A DNA stretch of 62,924 nt, the filler included, from Rhabdomonas costata (lineage: Eukaryota): the NCBI GenBank assembly GCA_019059605.1. It is 17 parts of 17 records of this genome, joined end to end, with 100 filler letters (N's around TTAATTAATTAA, not from the genome) between each part and the next. Parts side by side here need not be neighbours in the genome. Positions count along the whole stretch, not along the records: positions 1 to 3,613 come from JAHMHO010000667.1; positions 3,714 to 7,334 come from JAHMHO010000668.1; positions 7,435 to 11,039 come from JAHMHO010000669.1; positions 11,140 to 14,747 come from JAHMHO010000670.1; 13 more parts are not named here. One strand, written 5' to 3'. The first letter of the stretch is position 1; each line of letters opens with the position of its first letter. A program made the position numbers and the translations under genes. Shown here piece after piece: positions 1 to 11,561 of this stretch. The notes under the pieces are model-generated. The model had not been told where the DNA came from and did no database searches. It saw only the letters and a list, made by a program, of their open reading frames with translations.

Positions 1-375
1 TGTTGGGTTTTGGATGGGGGCAAGGAATCGCTTTGCAGATGCTTGGGCACGCACTTGGTACCTTGCCAGTCTGTTTGTGTTTCTTCGAATGTTTCTTCTC
101 TTTGTCAGGCTATGCCAGTTTTCGAGCCCGTTGGCATATGTTTTTGTTTCTATTCTCTCGGTTTGTGGTTCGCTTTGTAACTTTCTCGCTGGAGTTTTGT
201 CCTTTGCTTTCTGTACTCTCGAATGCTTGGCATTTGAAAACGTAAGGATCTCGGGATCGAGAAGTGCTGGATTTTGGGGCTCTGTCACGGGAAGGAACAG
301 AAGGACCTGTACCTTAGCAGCGGTCGCCGTTGCCTGTTTTTCTTTCTTTTTTGTGGCCTTGTTGTTTTGCATCAG

Positions 376-3250
376 ATCGGCCCAAGGACTGCGCGCTTTG
401 TGGGAGCAGTGAGCATGTTACTCGGCATTGCCCTGCAAACGAAGGTTCACCACGTCTCCCTCCCTGGGTTTTATCTTGCCACTGGTTTGGAGTAGGTTTG
501 ATGCGAGGCGGGTTATTCGAGTGCGGGTCCCATTATACTTTAGCCTGTTGTGAGGACTACTGGAACGGTTTGCGTTACTCTGTGTGGGCAGGTCTGTCTG
601 ATGAGGTCGGTTCCCCTTGCTGGGCAGCTGTTGGGAAGAGGGGAGTCCGCAGCGGTTGGCCTTTGGTCTCTCTTCCCTGTTGACCTTGCTTTCAGCCAAA
701 AAGGGGCGGTGCCATTATTGTGGGAAACGGGACCATGTGATGCGGAACTGTAAGCTTCGGATTGCGGAGGATGACTCAGGTACACCCGATCCCCATTTTT
801 ATTCTCACTCATTCTTTATCACATTCTTGTCCGGGAGATCGAGTGTCTTGCGTTTGCGTTTGCGTGATGGCTCCGTGGTGAAGGCCGTTTGCGTGGATGT
901 GTCTGAGCACTGGACCGAAATTTATAATCCCAGGATTGGGAAATGAAATGGGTCAACGTTGTTGCTGGGTTCAGAATTATTGAGCAACGACACATTTCAG
1001 GTCGGATGCAACGAATAATGCAGCTCGACAACTTTACTGGTTTCCTATCTAAAGGGACTATCCATTCGAGATGTTCGCTGCTGTTCTCATATTTGCTCCC
1101 ACGTGAAAGCAGAAGACCCCCATGAACGATAGATGGCTGAATTGGCTTTGGATTTGGCTGAAATTGGACGGGATGTTTTCATTTCAGGGAAGAAGGCCAA
1201 GGCTCCCGCTTCAGCAGAATCTGAATCCTTGCATCCCGCAGGTTTGCAAGAGTTCCTTTCGGTTTGACAGTGAGTGTCGTGAGTGAGTGAATGCGTTCCT
1301 CACGCTACAGGGGTCATTTGCGGCAACAATCAGCACTCGAAGACAGACATGATTTAAATTGATCAGGCTTCTGAACACAGTCGAATGCTGGTGATGCGTG
1401 AAGGGTTCAGGCGGCTGTGGTGAAGAAAATAGCCCCTCGTAGATCTTGCGGAGGACACCGAACCGAACAAGCAAGAATGAATACGGGACCGGTGCATCGC
1501 GCAGACGAGGTGCTAGGGACCGCTGCCATAAGCTGCCACGTCTCTTATAAGCAAACCCAATGGTAATATGCCTGCTTAACCCGAAACTTCAGTCTTCTTT
1601 ACCTGCGTTTTATGCCCCTGGTCTTGGGTAGCAAATGTTGTTTCTTCATGAATGTGCAAAGGTTGGAAACTCTCGATTTACGGTGTCGCTTGCTGTATCG
1701 AAATCAAAGGGGAGAAACGAGTGTAGGCCTGCACCCGCAGCCCACATCAGCATGGAGGATCCGTGCTCCCAGACACCTTGCTCCGCAGGCCGGTGAGTCA
1801 CAGGTGGGTTGGGATGTGAGGTGGGTGGATTTACGTACCTTCTTGCAGGAGTGTGCCGCTTGTGCCACGGCGCCCACAGTGCACGGGACTGTCCTCAGCA
1901 GCAACGTATGTCTTCTCACCACAGCCGCCAACCCACGCCTCCCGTACCCTCACCGATTGAACCTTGAGGGCTGTGGTGTTTTTAGGGTGTTTTTGATCCC
2001 TTTAATTGCTGTGAATCGGCTGGGTCTCTCCCCCACTCCCCACCCCAACTCGCGCATGTGTCTCTGCTGCGCAGCTAAGGCTTGCAGCGTTTGCTCGCGC
2101 CCCGGTCATAGCTCGGCCGACTGCCCAGGTTTGTGGACACACATTATTTCTGTTCCCCGTTTTTCAAATTTTTCTTCAATCAGATATACAATTGAACAGT
2201 TCTTCTGATCATGTGTTGGATGCATGACGTGCAACATATTCGAAGATCTGGATCGGTGGGGCAACAGATTTTACAGTTGTTGATGCGGATCAGCACTGGC
2301 CGATCACAGAGGATTGGGTGAAGGTCGAGCAGGGAGCAAGACAGTTCTGGTGCATATGCCAGATTCCCCTTCCAGCATCATGTTTGTCATCACCACTGCT
2401 TGTTTTGTAGTTTACCAAAGCACGAACTGAAGTCGATGGGATGTTTGATGTTTAGAAATCGAAAACATGTTTTAAGTGGGATTGCATCGCCTTCTCGCCA
2501 TACGCGTATCCCCTTCAGAGCAGTCCTGCCTCTCCTGCGGGACAAAGGGTCACTCCCGGAAGAACTGCCCCAGTATGGCCGAGCCCATTTCCCACCTACA
2601 CATGCATCTGTGTTTTTCTCCTGTGAGACTTGTTTTCACCTCCCTCTCTGCGCTGTATTCGGAATCCGCAGCCTGGTGTGCCTCCTCTCTTTAGGTCATG
2701 TTTGCCCGCACCTGGGCTCATTTTGCAGTGCAAGGCGTGCGGGTCTGGCCACGCGCAGTGGTTTGGAACCCTTTAGGGGGTTTATCAGCACCCACTCGTT
2801 GCTTTTTTTGTCTTGTGTACTGGGGAAGGGTGGTTGCACCTTGCTTTCCGTGGAAACGCAGCTGCTTTGCACAACCGCTTGGTCTGCGTGGGGGAGCTGG
2901 CCGGGCTTCGGATGAGCGCCAATGAGGTCGTGCAGCTCCTGTCCCCAAGTGGGAAGGTCATCAGCGTGGAGCCCTACGGGCATCAGTACGTTAGTGCCTT
3001 GCTCTTGTCGCGGTGGTTGGGCCGAGGATTTCGAGCGCGTTTCTTTCGCCGGAGAGACTGAACTTTTTCCATGCAAGTTGCCCTGCTTTTGGTCACTCGT
3101 GGTGACGGCCGATGTCCAAACCAATTGGGCAACTCGCAGTGTACCAGCGCTTTTTCTTTGTTCCGGTTATGTGGCAGTGGCTTCCAGTGGTTGGTGGAGT
3201 TCGCCGACCAGGCTCAGGCTGAGCAGTGCTGCCGCGCATTAATCCTGTGC
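376..3250 (+). CDS. Multi-exon protein with at least 5 CCHC zinc knuckles and a C-terminal RRM-like domain (partial)
   Basis: AG/GT-bounded exons: 376-444 (CALCGSSEHVTRHC), 696-779 (CHYCGKRDHVMRNC), ~1727-1792, 1849-1905 (CRLCHGAHSARDC), 2075-2128 (CSVCSRPGHSSADC), 2519-2572 (CLSCGTKGHSRKNC). RRM-like exons follow at ~2862-2986 (LVCVGELAGLRMSANEVVQLLSPSGKVISV) and ~3178-3250 (FQWLVEFADQAQAEQC). Not all junctions are resolved. Confidence 0.8.
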
Positions 3251-3438
3251 AGGGGATTCCCCGTTCCGCGGCAGGCACGCTCAGTCCTTCTCTCTCGATC
3301 TCTCACTCACAATATCGAGCGCGACTTTTTTTTAGTTGAGATCTGATGAAGATCAGAACTCCTAAGTAAGCAGTTGCGTGGAGATCCCTGAATTTCGAAC
3401 TCTCAAGTTGACCTTTGTGCCCTGTGTGCCAATGCCGC

Positions 3439-3607
3439 TGTTACAATTGAACCTGTGCTGTTTGCAGTACTGTTCAGTGAAATAAGCCAGCAAAAAATCG
3501 TGAAAGTGAACTCGTTTGCGTTTGCTTATGCTGACCTAAAAGCACCTTCAGAATGTGTGTGTGTTCTTTTTATTCGTGCTGCAAACAACACAGGTTCAAT
3601 TGTAACA
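3439..3607. repeat. 32-bp imperfect inverted repeat at a contig end (MITE-like TIR or amplification fold-back)
   Basis: TGTTACAATTGAACCTGTGcTGTTTGCAGtAC at 3439-3470 matches the reverse complement of 3576-3607 with 2 mismatches. Confidence 0.7.
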
Positions 3608-3613
3608 CCCACA

Positions 3614-3713
3614 NNNNNNNNNNNNNNNNNNNNNNNNNNNNNNNNNNNNNNNNNNNNTTAATTAATTAANNNNNNNNNNNNNNNNNNNNNNNNNNNNNNN
3701 NNNNNNNNNNNNN
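3614..3713. other. Artificial contig linker N44-TTAATTAATTAA-N44 (first of 16)
   Basis: The same 100-bp linker, with stops in all six frames, starts at 3614, 7335, 11040, 14748, 18461, 22171, 25879, 29585, 33290, 36993, 40695, 44395, 48098, 51801, 55502 and 59203. Within-scaffold N gaps also occur at 16530-16973 and 60500-60750. Confidence 0.98.
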
Positions 3714-4106
3714 AAAAGGAGGGGTGCGTGCGAAAAGTCAGAATTTTGTGTTTGCGGGGCCTGAACTTTTTCTGGTTCTACGGACAGGGAGCATTTTCAT
3801 TTCTCTGACAATGTACAGGTATACCGTTCGACCTGACATAAAATCGTGTTGGTTGTCGGTGTGACAGACCATGTCTGCCCATGGTGAACGTCCTGAACGT
3901 CTCCGAGTTCGCAGTGAGCCAGTCCGCGCAGTGCCTGCTGCAGTGTCATGGCAGCTGGTCCGCGGTGGCCAGCAATGCCTCGCTATGGCTGAAGGAAAGC
4001 CCAAGTCTCGATCCTCGGGTGATTCTGGGGAACCTGGTCTACTGCAATTGGCTGGTTGCTTGGTTGTTGGTTACCAGTGTGGGCTGATGGGTGCACGCGT
4101 TGTTGG

Positions 4107-4152
4107 CCACGGGTGCTCGCGAGAGGTGCCGTTGGAGCGAACGGTGCCGTGG
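4107..4152. repeat. Dispersed structured repeat, copy 1 (copy 2 at 62438-62485)
   Basis: The 25-bp core CACGGGTGCTCGCGAGAGGTGCCGT is identical in two unrelated contigs, and both copies lie downstream of GGTT-rich sequence. Confidence 0.8.
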
Positions 4153-5220
4153 TGAACCGGAACCGCCTCACAAACACAAAATTCTGACTTTTCGCACGCA
4201 CCCCTCCTTTTCCACCACAGTCACACATTTATTGTTAATCCGATCCGCTATTAATTCCTTTGAGGTATTTGAGGCGTTTTGGGGAGACGGTTTTGGGCTG
4301 GGGTTTTGGTCACCTGTTAGCTTTTGAAAGTGCTCATGAAACGTGTCTGCAGCGCTGGAAAACACCCTCACCTTCAAGCACATCACACATCACGCATCAA
4401 ACTGTAAAACAGAATAAACCCCATTGTGGAACGGTCGGTCACAGACAGCATATCATGGCATTGACCCTAACCGACAAATCCCTGCAGACTCTGTTCTAAC
4501 AGGGAAAAAGAAAGCGTGGTCACACGCAGTGCCTGAATCGTCTCTAGAAACGCCAGCTGCAGGTCAAAGGTCGCTGAGGAGGTCCGTCACTTCCGCAGCA
4601 GCCAACAGTTTGTACAGCGGAAGCGCGATCAACTTTTTTGATGAAAGCCCCACCCAGGGAACTTTTTAAACCATAAAAAATCACGGTGAATCAAGGGCGA
4701 CGCTGGGTCGAGAATTTCAAGAATAGTTTAGGCACGAAAATGTGTCGAATACAGGTCAGAGGTCACACAGCACAACTTTTGCGGTGTCTGACCCAGAGGG
4801 GTGTGTGGGGGGAGGGGTGAAAGTGTAACAAAAAAATTGTCTTTCGCAAAATTATTTTGAAAAGGGTTAGATAAAGTCTACCAGCACTCTGAATGACTTT
4901 TTTAGTTTAAGAGGTATACGGAAGCTTTTCCAGTGCTCTCTTCATGAGTGCCTCAAACCTATTGCTTGCTAATAACTAGAATGATCGGCGGACGGGTTGG
5001 AGTTGGACAACCAAGGCATCTGTCTTTCAGAACTCGCATTTGTGGTGGAAACACAAATGCCTTCAAGAGACATACTGGTGCCTTTTCCTTGTCATTCTTT
5101 CCATTTTTCTCTATGCAGTGTTTCCTGTTCCCCTATTTTCCAGGGTTTTGGGGGTGGAGCAATGTTCAGTGTTCTCCCCTCTATCTAGTGTCACCAGTTT
5201 CTATCCCTCTCAACCTCTTG

Positions 5221-5392
5221 ATGGCCCACCCTGAAGAACGGATTTCCAAGATAACCTCATATGTGCTAATAGTGCTCTTGATCGCGTTATTCATACTCGT
5301 CAAGGACGTGCCCTTCCTGTCGCTCTTTTCCCGTTCCTCGCGGGAGACAAAAGCAGAGTCCTCACCAAAGCCAGTTGACCCCACACTGGAAG
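5221..5392 (+). CDS. Possible first exon of a type II membrane protein
   Basis: ATG followed by MAHPEERISKITSYVLIVLLIALFILVKD (one hydrophobic helix), a polar stem and a GT donor. No downstream exon could be joined in frame. Confidence 0.3.
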
Positions 5393-7028
5393 GTTGCAAC
5401 TGCATCTTTTCTTTCTGCACTTTTTTTTGTATTTTTTGAAAAGTATGGCTTGGGTGAGAGCCTTGGTGGTCGTTGGTGATCGGGGTTGGATTCTATGCTT
5501 GGAGTAGTAGTGCTCACTCGACCTTTCCTCTGGCGGATTTGCTTGGCTGATCCATGCCGATCGGGTACCTGCCCAATTTTTGAAGATTGCGTCCATATCT
5601 CGTATTTCTCGTCATTGCAGTCAAACCTTCCGGCTCTGCTATTGTTTGCACTGGCTGTTTGTGAGCCTCTAGCTTTTTCGAATGACTGAACATTTTGGTG
5701 GTTGTTTGTGTTTTTATCCGTAATCTGAACATCGTATTTGCCTTTTTGTTTTATATGCTTGGCGCCGGAAACAACCTTCTTCCCTTCCTTTCCTTCCTTC
5801 AATCAGGATAATCATAATTCACAATAAATTGTGTGAACGTGATCCGTAAGTGTTACGCGACTCAAACAAAAAATTAGAATTCCTCTTATAGTACAGCTAC
5901 GTAGGAAGATCAGTAAGACGAATATTTTAACTGGGGTTTAACTGTTTGGGTTTTGCTGGAAGCAAGAAAAAACTGGACTTGAAAATACGCCCTCTTCTGC
6001 TTCTCAAAGAAAAATTTCCAGTTACTCCCCCACAGTGGGGTAAGTTAGGGTTAGGGCTAACTAGTTACGTGTTGAACTTTTGTTTCCAACTTTTAACAAG
6101 CTCCTTTGGTGCAATTTCAAACGTGAGTCAAAAATTGAGTCATTAAGAGGTAGGGAGTCTTGTCGCTCTTTGGAAACCATTTGTTTTTTTTTGCTTCCGT
6201 CTCTTCACAGCACAGTAATTTTTTACAAGGCCCCCCACATCTGCCAAGTATGCGCACAGTGTTTTTGTGAGGCAAGGCCCTAAAAAGGAAATTGGAAATC
6301 GGACCCCGAGTGTGTCGGGTACCTGGGAAGAAAATGAAATCTTCACCCAACTTCATCGAGCAAACTCAGAAACTGAAACGCTTAACGCTTGCCCCTCTCC
6401 ATCTTCGTAAGATTGTGAGGGGTCGAGCCATCCATGTTAGTATCTGCGCACAACACACCAAGCCACACTACGCGACCACCTATGTAAAGCATGCTACCAC
6501 ACAAGGAGGACACTCCTTCTTTTTATGTGGCCAGAAGTGTCCTCCAGAGGAGTAGTATCACCCCACCAGACATTTGCAGGAGAAGCTCACTTTGGTGCAG
6601 TACTTTGGTCCGTAGGTGTGTAGGACGTTGTGGGTGTGTATCGGGTGGGGGGAAAAGGGGACGAAGGGACAGCTGGTCGGGGAGATGCCCATCAAACTGG
6701 AGGCCCCCAGTTGCGCGGAACGGAAGCCCCTTGACCATCTGCTACCTTCATTAGGGTTGCACAGAGCATGCCCTCTCCTCCTTACCTCCACCTGCCAGAA
6801 ATAAAATGTGAGGGAAACGCAAGCAGAACACGTACGCAAACCGGAGGCTGCAGACAGGTCATGCTGAATTAGAGAAAGGCAGAAATCTAAGCACGAGCCT
6901 GCTTGTGAATGTCGGCTTGCAGATTGGTTTTGTGTTCTTCACCCACCATTCGGGCGGAGAGCTGCATCTGCTGTGCCCGAAGCTGCTCCAGGCAGGATGC
7001 CGAAGGAGTCAACACAAAGACCACCCAC

Positions 7029-7235
7029 CGCAGGTTCAGAATATGCACCGCTCGGGCTTGCGCAATGAACTCCGTGGAAGCGCCGTCGTTCGTGGAAGTG
7101 ACAGGGACAAAGCTGTAGCCCGAGGCATTGCTGGCCACCGCGGACCAGCTGCCATGACACTGCAGCAGGCACTGCGCGGACTGGCTCACTGCGAACTCGG
7201 AGACGTTCAGGACGTTCACCATGGGCAGGCATGGT
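7029..7235 (-). CDS. Internal exon of an unknown protein
   Basis: CAG acceptor, open frame PCLPMVNVLNVSEFAVSQSAQCLLQCHGSWSAVASNASGYSFVPVTSTNDGASTEF, GC3-rich codons, GT donor. Confidence 0.5.
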
Positions 7236-7434
7236 CTGTCACAGCGACAACCAACACGATGTTAAGTCAGGTCGAACGGTATACCTGTACATTGTCACCC
7301 CTCCTTTTCCACCACAGTCACACATTTATTGTTANNNNNNNNNNNNNNNNNNNNNNNNNNNNNNNNNNNNNNNNNNNNTTAATTAATTAANNNNNNNNNN
7401 NNNNNNNNNNNNNNNNNNNNNNNNNNNNNNNNNN

Positions 7435-10400
7435 GTTGTTGTGTAGTGCTGCAGCAAGGTCTTGGCCTCCTCGTGCAGCCTTTGCTCGACCTTCAGCTCC
7501 TGGTACGCCACGGTTCGGGCGTCGATGATGTCCTGGGCCTCCAGACTAAAGAGGTGGGAAGGGACAAGAGGCGAAAAGCAACCACTAGCCTTGGCAACAT
7601 CCGTCGTTAGAAAACAACGGGGGACTGTTCCACGTGCAGAACTGAACTCATAGAAACCGATTCCGAAGAGAGATGATTTGCATTGCGTTAATAATAATAC
7701 GCTGCTCAGAGGTTCTGAGAAGAGTGGTGCACCCTTGCTGTTCCAGATGGAAATCTAACGTCCAGTTTGCGACCCACATGTGTGAGCGAGGGAGCGGCAA
7801 AGTATGGTACTGTGGAATCGGATGAACGAGGATGAACGAGAGAAAAGGGGTACGATTCTAAAAGGGATCTGCTTACAGCACGAAAGGTTTAAAGCCCGAA
7901 AAGGAGAGATCAAACAATCAGCAAAATACTGGGCAGCAAAAGGCTCAATTCCAGAGAATGCGATGCACGTGTCCCCAGTGATTCCAATCGAAGATTCGCT
8001 GCTGAAGTACTCCCCTTTGTCTCCAAGTACATAGCTGTTGGTTCCACGGTGTTCAGCAACGGTCAGAAGGCTTACAGGCACAACCTGGAGGATATGGTTT
8101 GCCGCCACCAGTCCGGTGAATCATGGGGAGGGTCAGTTTTCCAAGGCCCTTGTTGGGCGCCTGACTAGAGCCGTCTCCTCGATGGGAAAAGTACACACTA
8201 ACACTATAGATTGCTGCTGGGGCTTTTCAAGAACTGCATGCGGGGTGTGAAGTCTCTCCGGAAGGAAAAACAGCCCTTGTTCCTGGCGGAGTTCATGTGG
8301 AGGCACAACAGCTCTGTTTTTGAACACTCCGTGTTCGAGCGCATTCTCTCTCTGTTGGGTTCCTTGGCTGAAGACGACTCTCTCGTGAACAATTTCCGCT
8401 CTTTGACTTTGGACAACAAATACTCTTTGCCGTGACTCTTCGTTTCCTGCCTGTGTTCCACTTTTGGAGTTGTGCCGGGCAAAAAAGATTCCATTTGATT
8501 GGGTGCTTTGTACTGCGGGTATTGGGGGCATAGGTCCAACAGGGTAGTGGCTTCAGGGCTATGCATGCCTCTGGTCTCAGCCCCCTAGCATGGATGGGGC
8601 ATTGCATCATGGTCTCTGGTGACATCAGGCTCTCAATTTCTCGCGTGGTGGGTGGTTTTTAATTCTGGGTTCGGGTTTCGACATTCCTCTTCATGTGGTT
8701 TTCCTGTGACAGACAACCGCGGGGACACGCGAATACGCATCTGTGCATGTCCTTTTCGCGGCTTTTCCGCGGAGGGAGCATTGAATGCTGACTCCTGCCT
8801 TCCACCGGCGCCACCCCGCACAGATGTCAGATCTCCGAAAATCCCAGTTGCCTTCCCCGAGTCACGACAAAAGAAAAAGGAAAGATAGCAGCAGATAGAA
8901 GTACATGGGTTATGTTGTCATGTGGTGACCAAACCCGCACGCACGCGCATACATGTTCTCCAGCTCCTCGAGGCGGACGGTCTCCTCCATGACCAGCGGG
9001 GGCAGCCATGCCGCCTCCTGGGTACGCTTGAAGAGCTGCACATACTCCGCCCGCAGGGCATCAGTGCGCTGCGCCGCGGCCAGGTCCACACGGCCCTCTC
9101 CCAGCCGCAGCAGTACACATCGCAGCGCAAATCTCCAGAAGGCCCGTGGGTCCTGCAGGACGGTGGTTTAAGCGAAAAGCAGAAATAGGGCACGTGCAAG
9201 CATGTATTCCTGTTCATCACAGCACAGAAACGGTCCAAAAGCGGCAAAAACCCACACAGGTTCCACAGGCTGCCACCAGAAACCTGACGCTGAACGCGCG
9301 TATGAGAAAAGCGCGTGCGTGCGTCTGTCTCCATAGTACTGCATACACCGGAGTTCCTCGAGGCAAGAAATACCGGAACCTCTTGGATACGGGCACCTCC
9401 CCCCGCCCCCCATAAACACAAACACACGGTGTGTCACTTAACTCCCGTGAACGCCATTGCTTGTGAAACAGGCAAGAAGGTGAGAAAGGCGAGGGCGGTT
9501 TGTAAACGGGGGCAGCAACCGACAAGAACACTGAGTCCACTTCATTTCTGTGTGGGATGTATCTAGGATTTCTTAATTGGATTCACCCACACTATGAGCA
9601 GTTTTGAGACTGAAGAAAATATAAGAGACCAATCATTGAAATCGTGACCGCCGATGCCGGAGAGACTGTGGCAAAGGGCAAGGCAAAGGTCCCACACAAG
9701 GAGCACGCGGAAAGCAGCAGGTGCGAAGCACATGGACCTGAGGTCTGAGATAGGCAAACTTGACCCCCATGGCGAAGCCCTGAAAGGCCGCGGCAACCTC
9801 CAGAAGGGCCCGCAGCTGGGCCTGGCTGACCTGCACAGGCAGGCATGACAGCTCGGCCTGCGCCCACAGCCGAGGCCGCTTCGGGCTCACCAGCGACAGC
9901 GGCAAGAGCTGTGCCTTCACCACTGAGGACAGGACACATGTGTATGTCTGCGGTTGTACTGTGCTGAAATGTTCCGTTGATCCAGAGATTTTTTACTCCT
10001 TTTCTTTTCCGGCGCAACTATGGTTGGTGCACCCCCCCTCCCCTGCCCAAACCTCCCCCTCCTCGAAGATTAGCAAGGGGTCGGAGGACAATCCAATGTC
10101 TCTGAGATTCCAACAGACGATTCTCCAAGGGTTAGGGGGCGATGCAACAGTTCCCCGGGGTTCCAATTTGCAGCGAGTTGGCTTTCCTGGATATATTGAC
10201 CCACGGAACATAACTAAGACCCCAACTACAACTAGAATCCACCCAACATCTCAAGTGCTCTGAGCGGGTGTTCCACTAAAGGAAAAGAGCATAGAATCGT
10301 CTCCGCGTGGACGAAAAGTACCAGTAGGTTCCCTCATTTGCATTTCCTTGTGCAAAATTCACGTGGCCGGAGGGCTGCAAGTGAAGAGAGGGACCATCCG

Positions 10401-10611
10401 CGAGTGTAAAACAGTTTGGCAGTAGGGGGGGAGTACCCAGATTCATCGGCTCCACCAGGAACGCATGCTCCGCGCCGACCAGGGACTTCATCCACGGGGC
10501 CAGCACGCGGTCAAACAGCAACTGGGACTCCTTCTGTGAGGAGCAGTCATCCAGGTACACGCACAGCCCTTGTAGGTCGATGAGCTTGAGGATAGGGTCG
10601 GTGGGCTTGTG
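7435..10611 (-). CDS. VPS13: VPS13-family (chorein-N) lipid transfer protein, N-terminal fragment
   Basis: Phase-compatible GT-AG exons: 10611-10437 (ILKLIDLQGLCVYLDD..HAFLVEPMNL), 9922-9738 (VQVSQAQLRALL..YLRPQ), 9152-8953 (DPRAFWRFALRCV..EYVQLF..RLEELEN), 7545-7435 (LEAQDIIDARTVAYQEL). The motif order matches the VPS13 N-terminus. Confidence 0.82.
7975..8435 (+). mobile_element. Degenerate Merlin (IS1595/IS1016-like) transposase C-terminal remnant in a VPS13 intron
   Basis: Frameshifted motifs IPIED-SAEVLPFVSKYIAVGSTVFSNGQKAY, VNHG, VHTNTIDCCWG-LFK and LFLAEFMWRHN..FERIL. The catalytic D and E appear as N and D. Confidence 0.85.
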
Positions 10612-11561
10612 CTGCGAAGCACAGGAAAGGGAACTTTTAAACGGATTCGGAAGTCACAAAAAAAATCGGCGGGCTCCTTCCTTCCAAAGGTCAACTCGCT
10701 TAAAAAAGGTTAAGGAGGCAACGATTGTACACGCGCAGGTGAAAGGGAGTGAAGCGCCACGACTACAGCTCAATCCTGATATACAAAGTTTCGGAGTCAG
10801 GTGACACTGATCCGCGCATTCGAGTTTGCGAGTAAGCTCACCATGGCCATGGTCTCCTAATCCCACGTACTTCGTCGATTTTCTCCACTATGGCCCAAAC
10901 ATCCATTCAATTCTGGTTTCGTCATCATCTGAGGTTTTACAGCCCCACGATGCTTTTCTTTGTATTCTTTGTATTTACTCCCTCTCACTCGCTTGCACGA
11001 GTACCGCAAGCGAATTTTCAACAAACCACCAAACCAACCNNNNNNNNNNNNNNNNNNNNNNNNNNNNNNNNNNNNNNNNNNNNTTAATTAATTAANNNNN
11101 NNNNNNNNNNNNNNNNNNNNNNNNNNNNNNNNNNNNNNNGGGTGTTGTGTTGGGTTGTTTGTTGAGCAGTTAGGTGTGGGCCTCTGGCACTTTAAATTAC
11201 ACTGCGCATGGCAGAGTGTTGCCGAGTGTATAATGTCACGGCCGCTTTCGGGATTCGACTTGACTTTGAGACTTGATAATTTGGTGTAGCTTTTCGCGTA
11301 ATGCGTTAAATGGTGTTTTTTTTTGCAGCGCGATGCGTGACATGCCCACGCGTCACTGTGTGCTTTTCTTTAGGTAGACAGATGGGGTCTCTGCAATCCC
11401 TCTTCTGTGGCCTTTTTATGCGCATTGCCCCTCACTTCAATGCAAGTTGAATTATGCAGCCCGCTCTGCAGTCTTCGAGCAGCGCATTGCATCGGTGCAA
11501 GCGTCAGGCTCAGGCCGACATTTTTACAGTTTTTATCCTTTATTTTTCTTCCGCTTCAAAG

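Larger units (their letters stand above)
3806..7297. repeat. 177-bp inverted duplication of an intron end plus exon start (3806-3982 vs 7121-7297)
   Basis: The arms are reverse complements with 4 mismatches counted by eye. Flanks are also shared: 3714-3757 matches the reverse complement of ~4166-4211, and 7296-7334 equals 4199-4237. Confidence 0.9.

Noticed and set aside
376-2572. Retroviral or LTR gag (zinc knuckles)
   Set aside because: The knuckles are separated by spliceosomal introns and followed by an RRM, with no protease, RT or integrase.
6045-6056. Telomeric TTAGGG x2
   Set aside because: Only two internal units, which is expected by chance.
9280-9385. Possible VPS13 micro-exons (GTTCCG = VP; GTTTCTG)
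   Set aside because: The RPQ|DPRAFW join is already in frame. The candidates have weak acceptors or the wrong phase and cannot be supported without RNA data.
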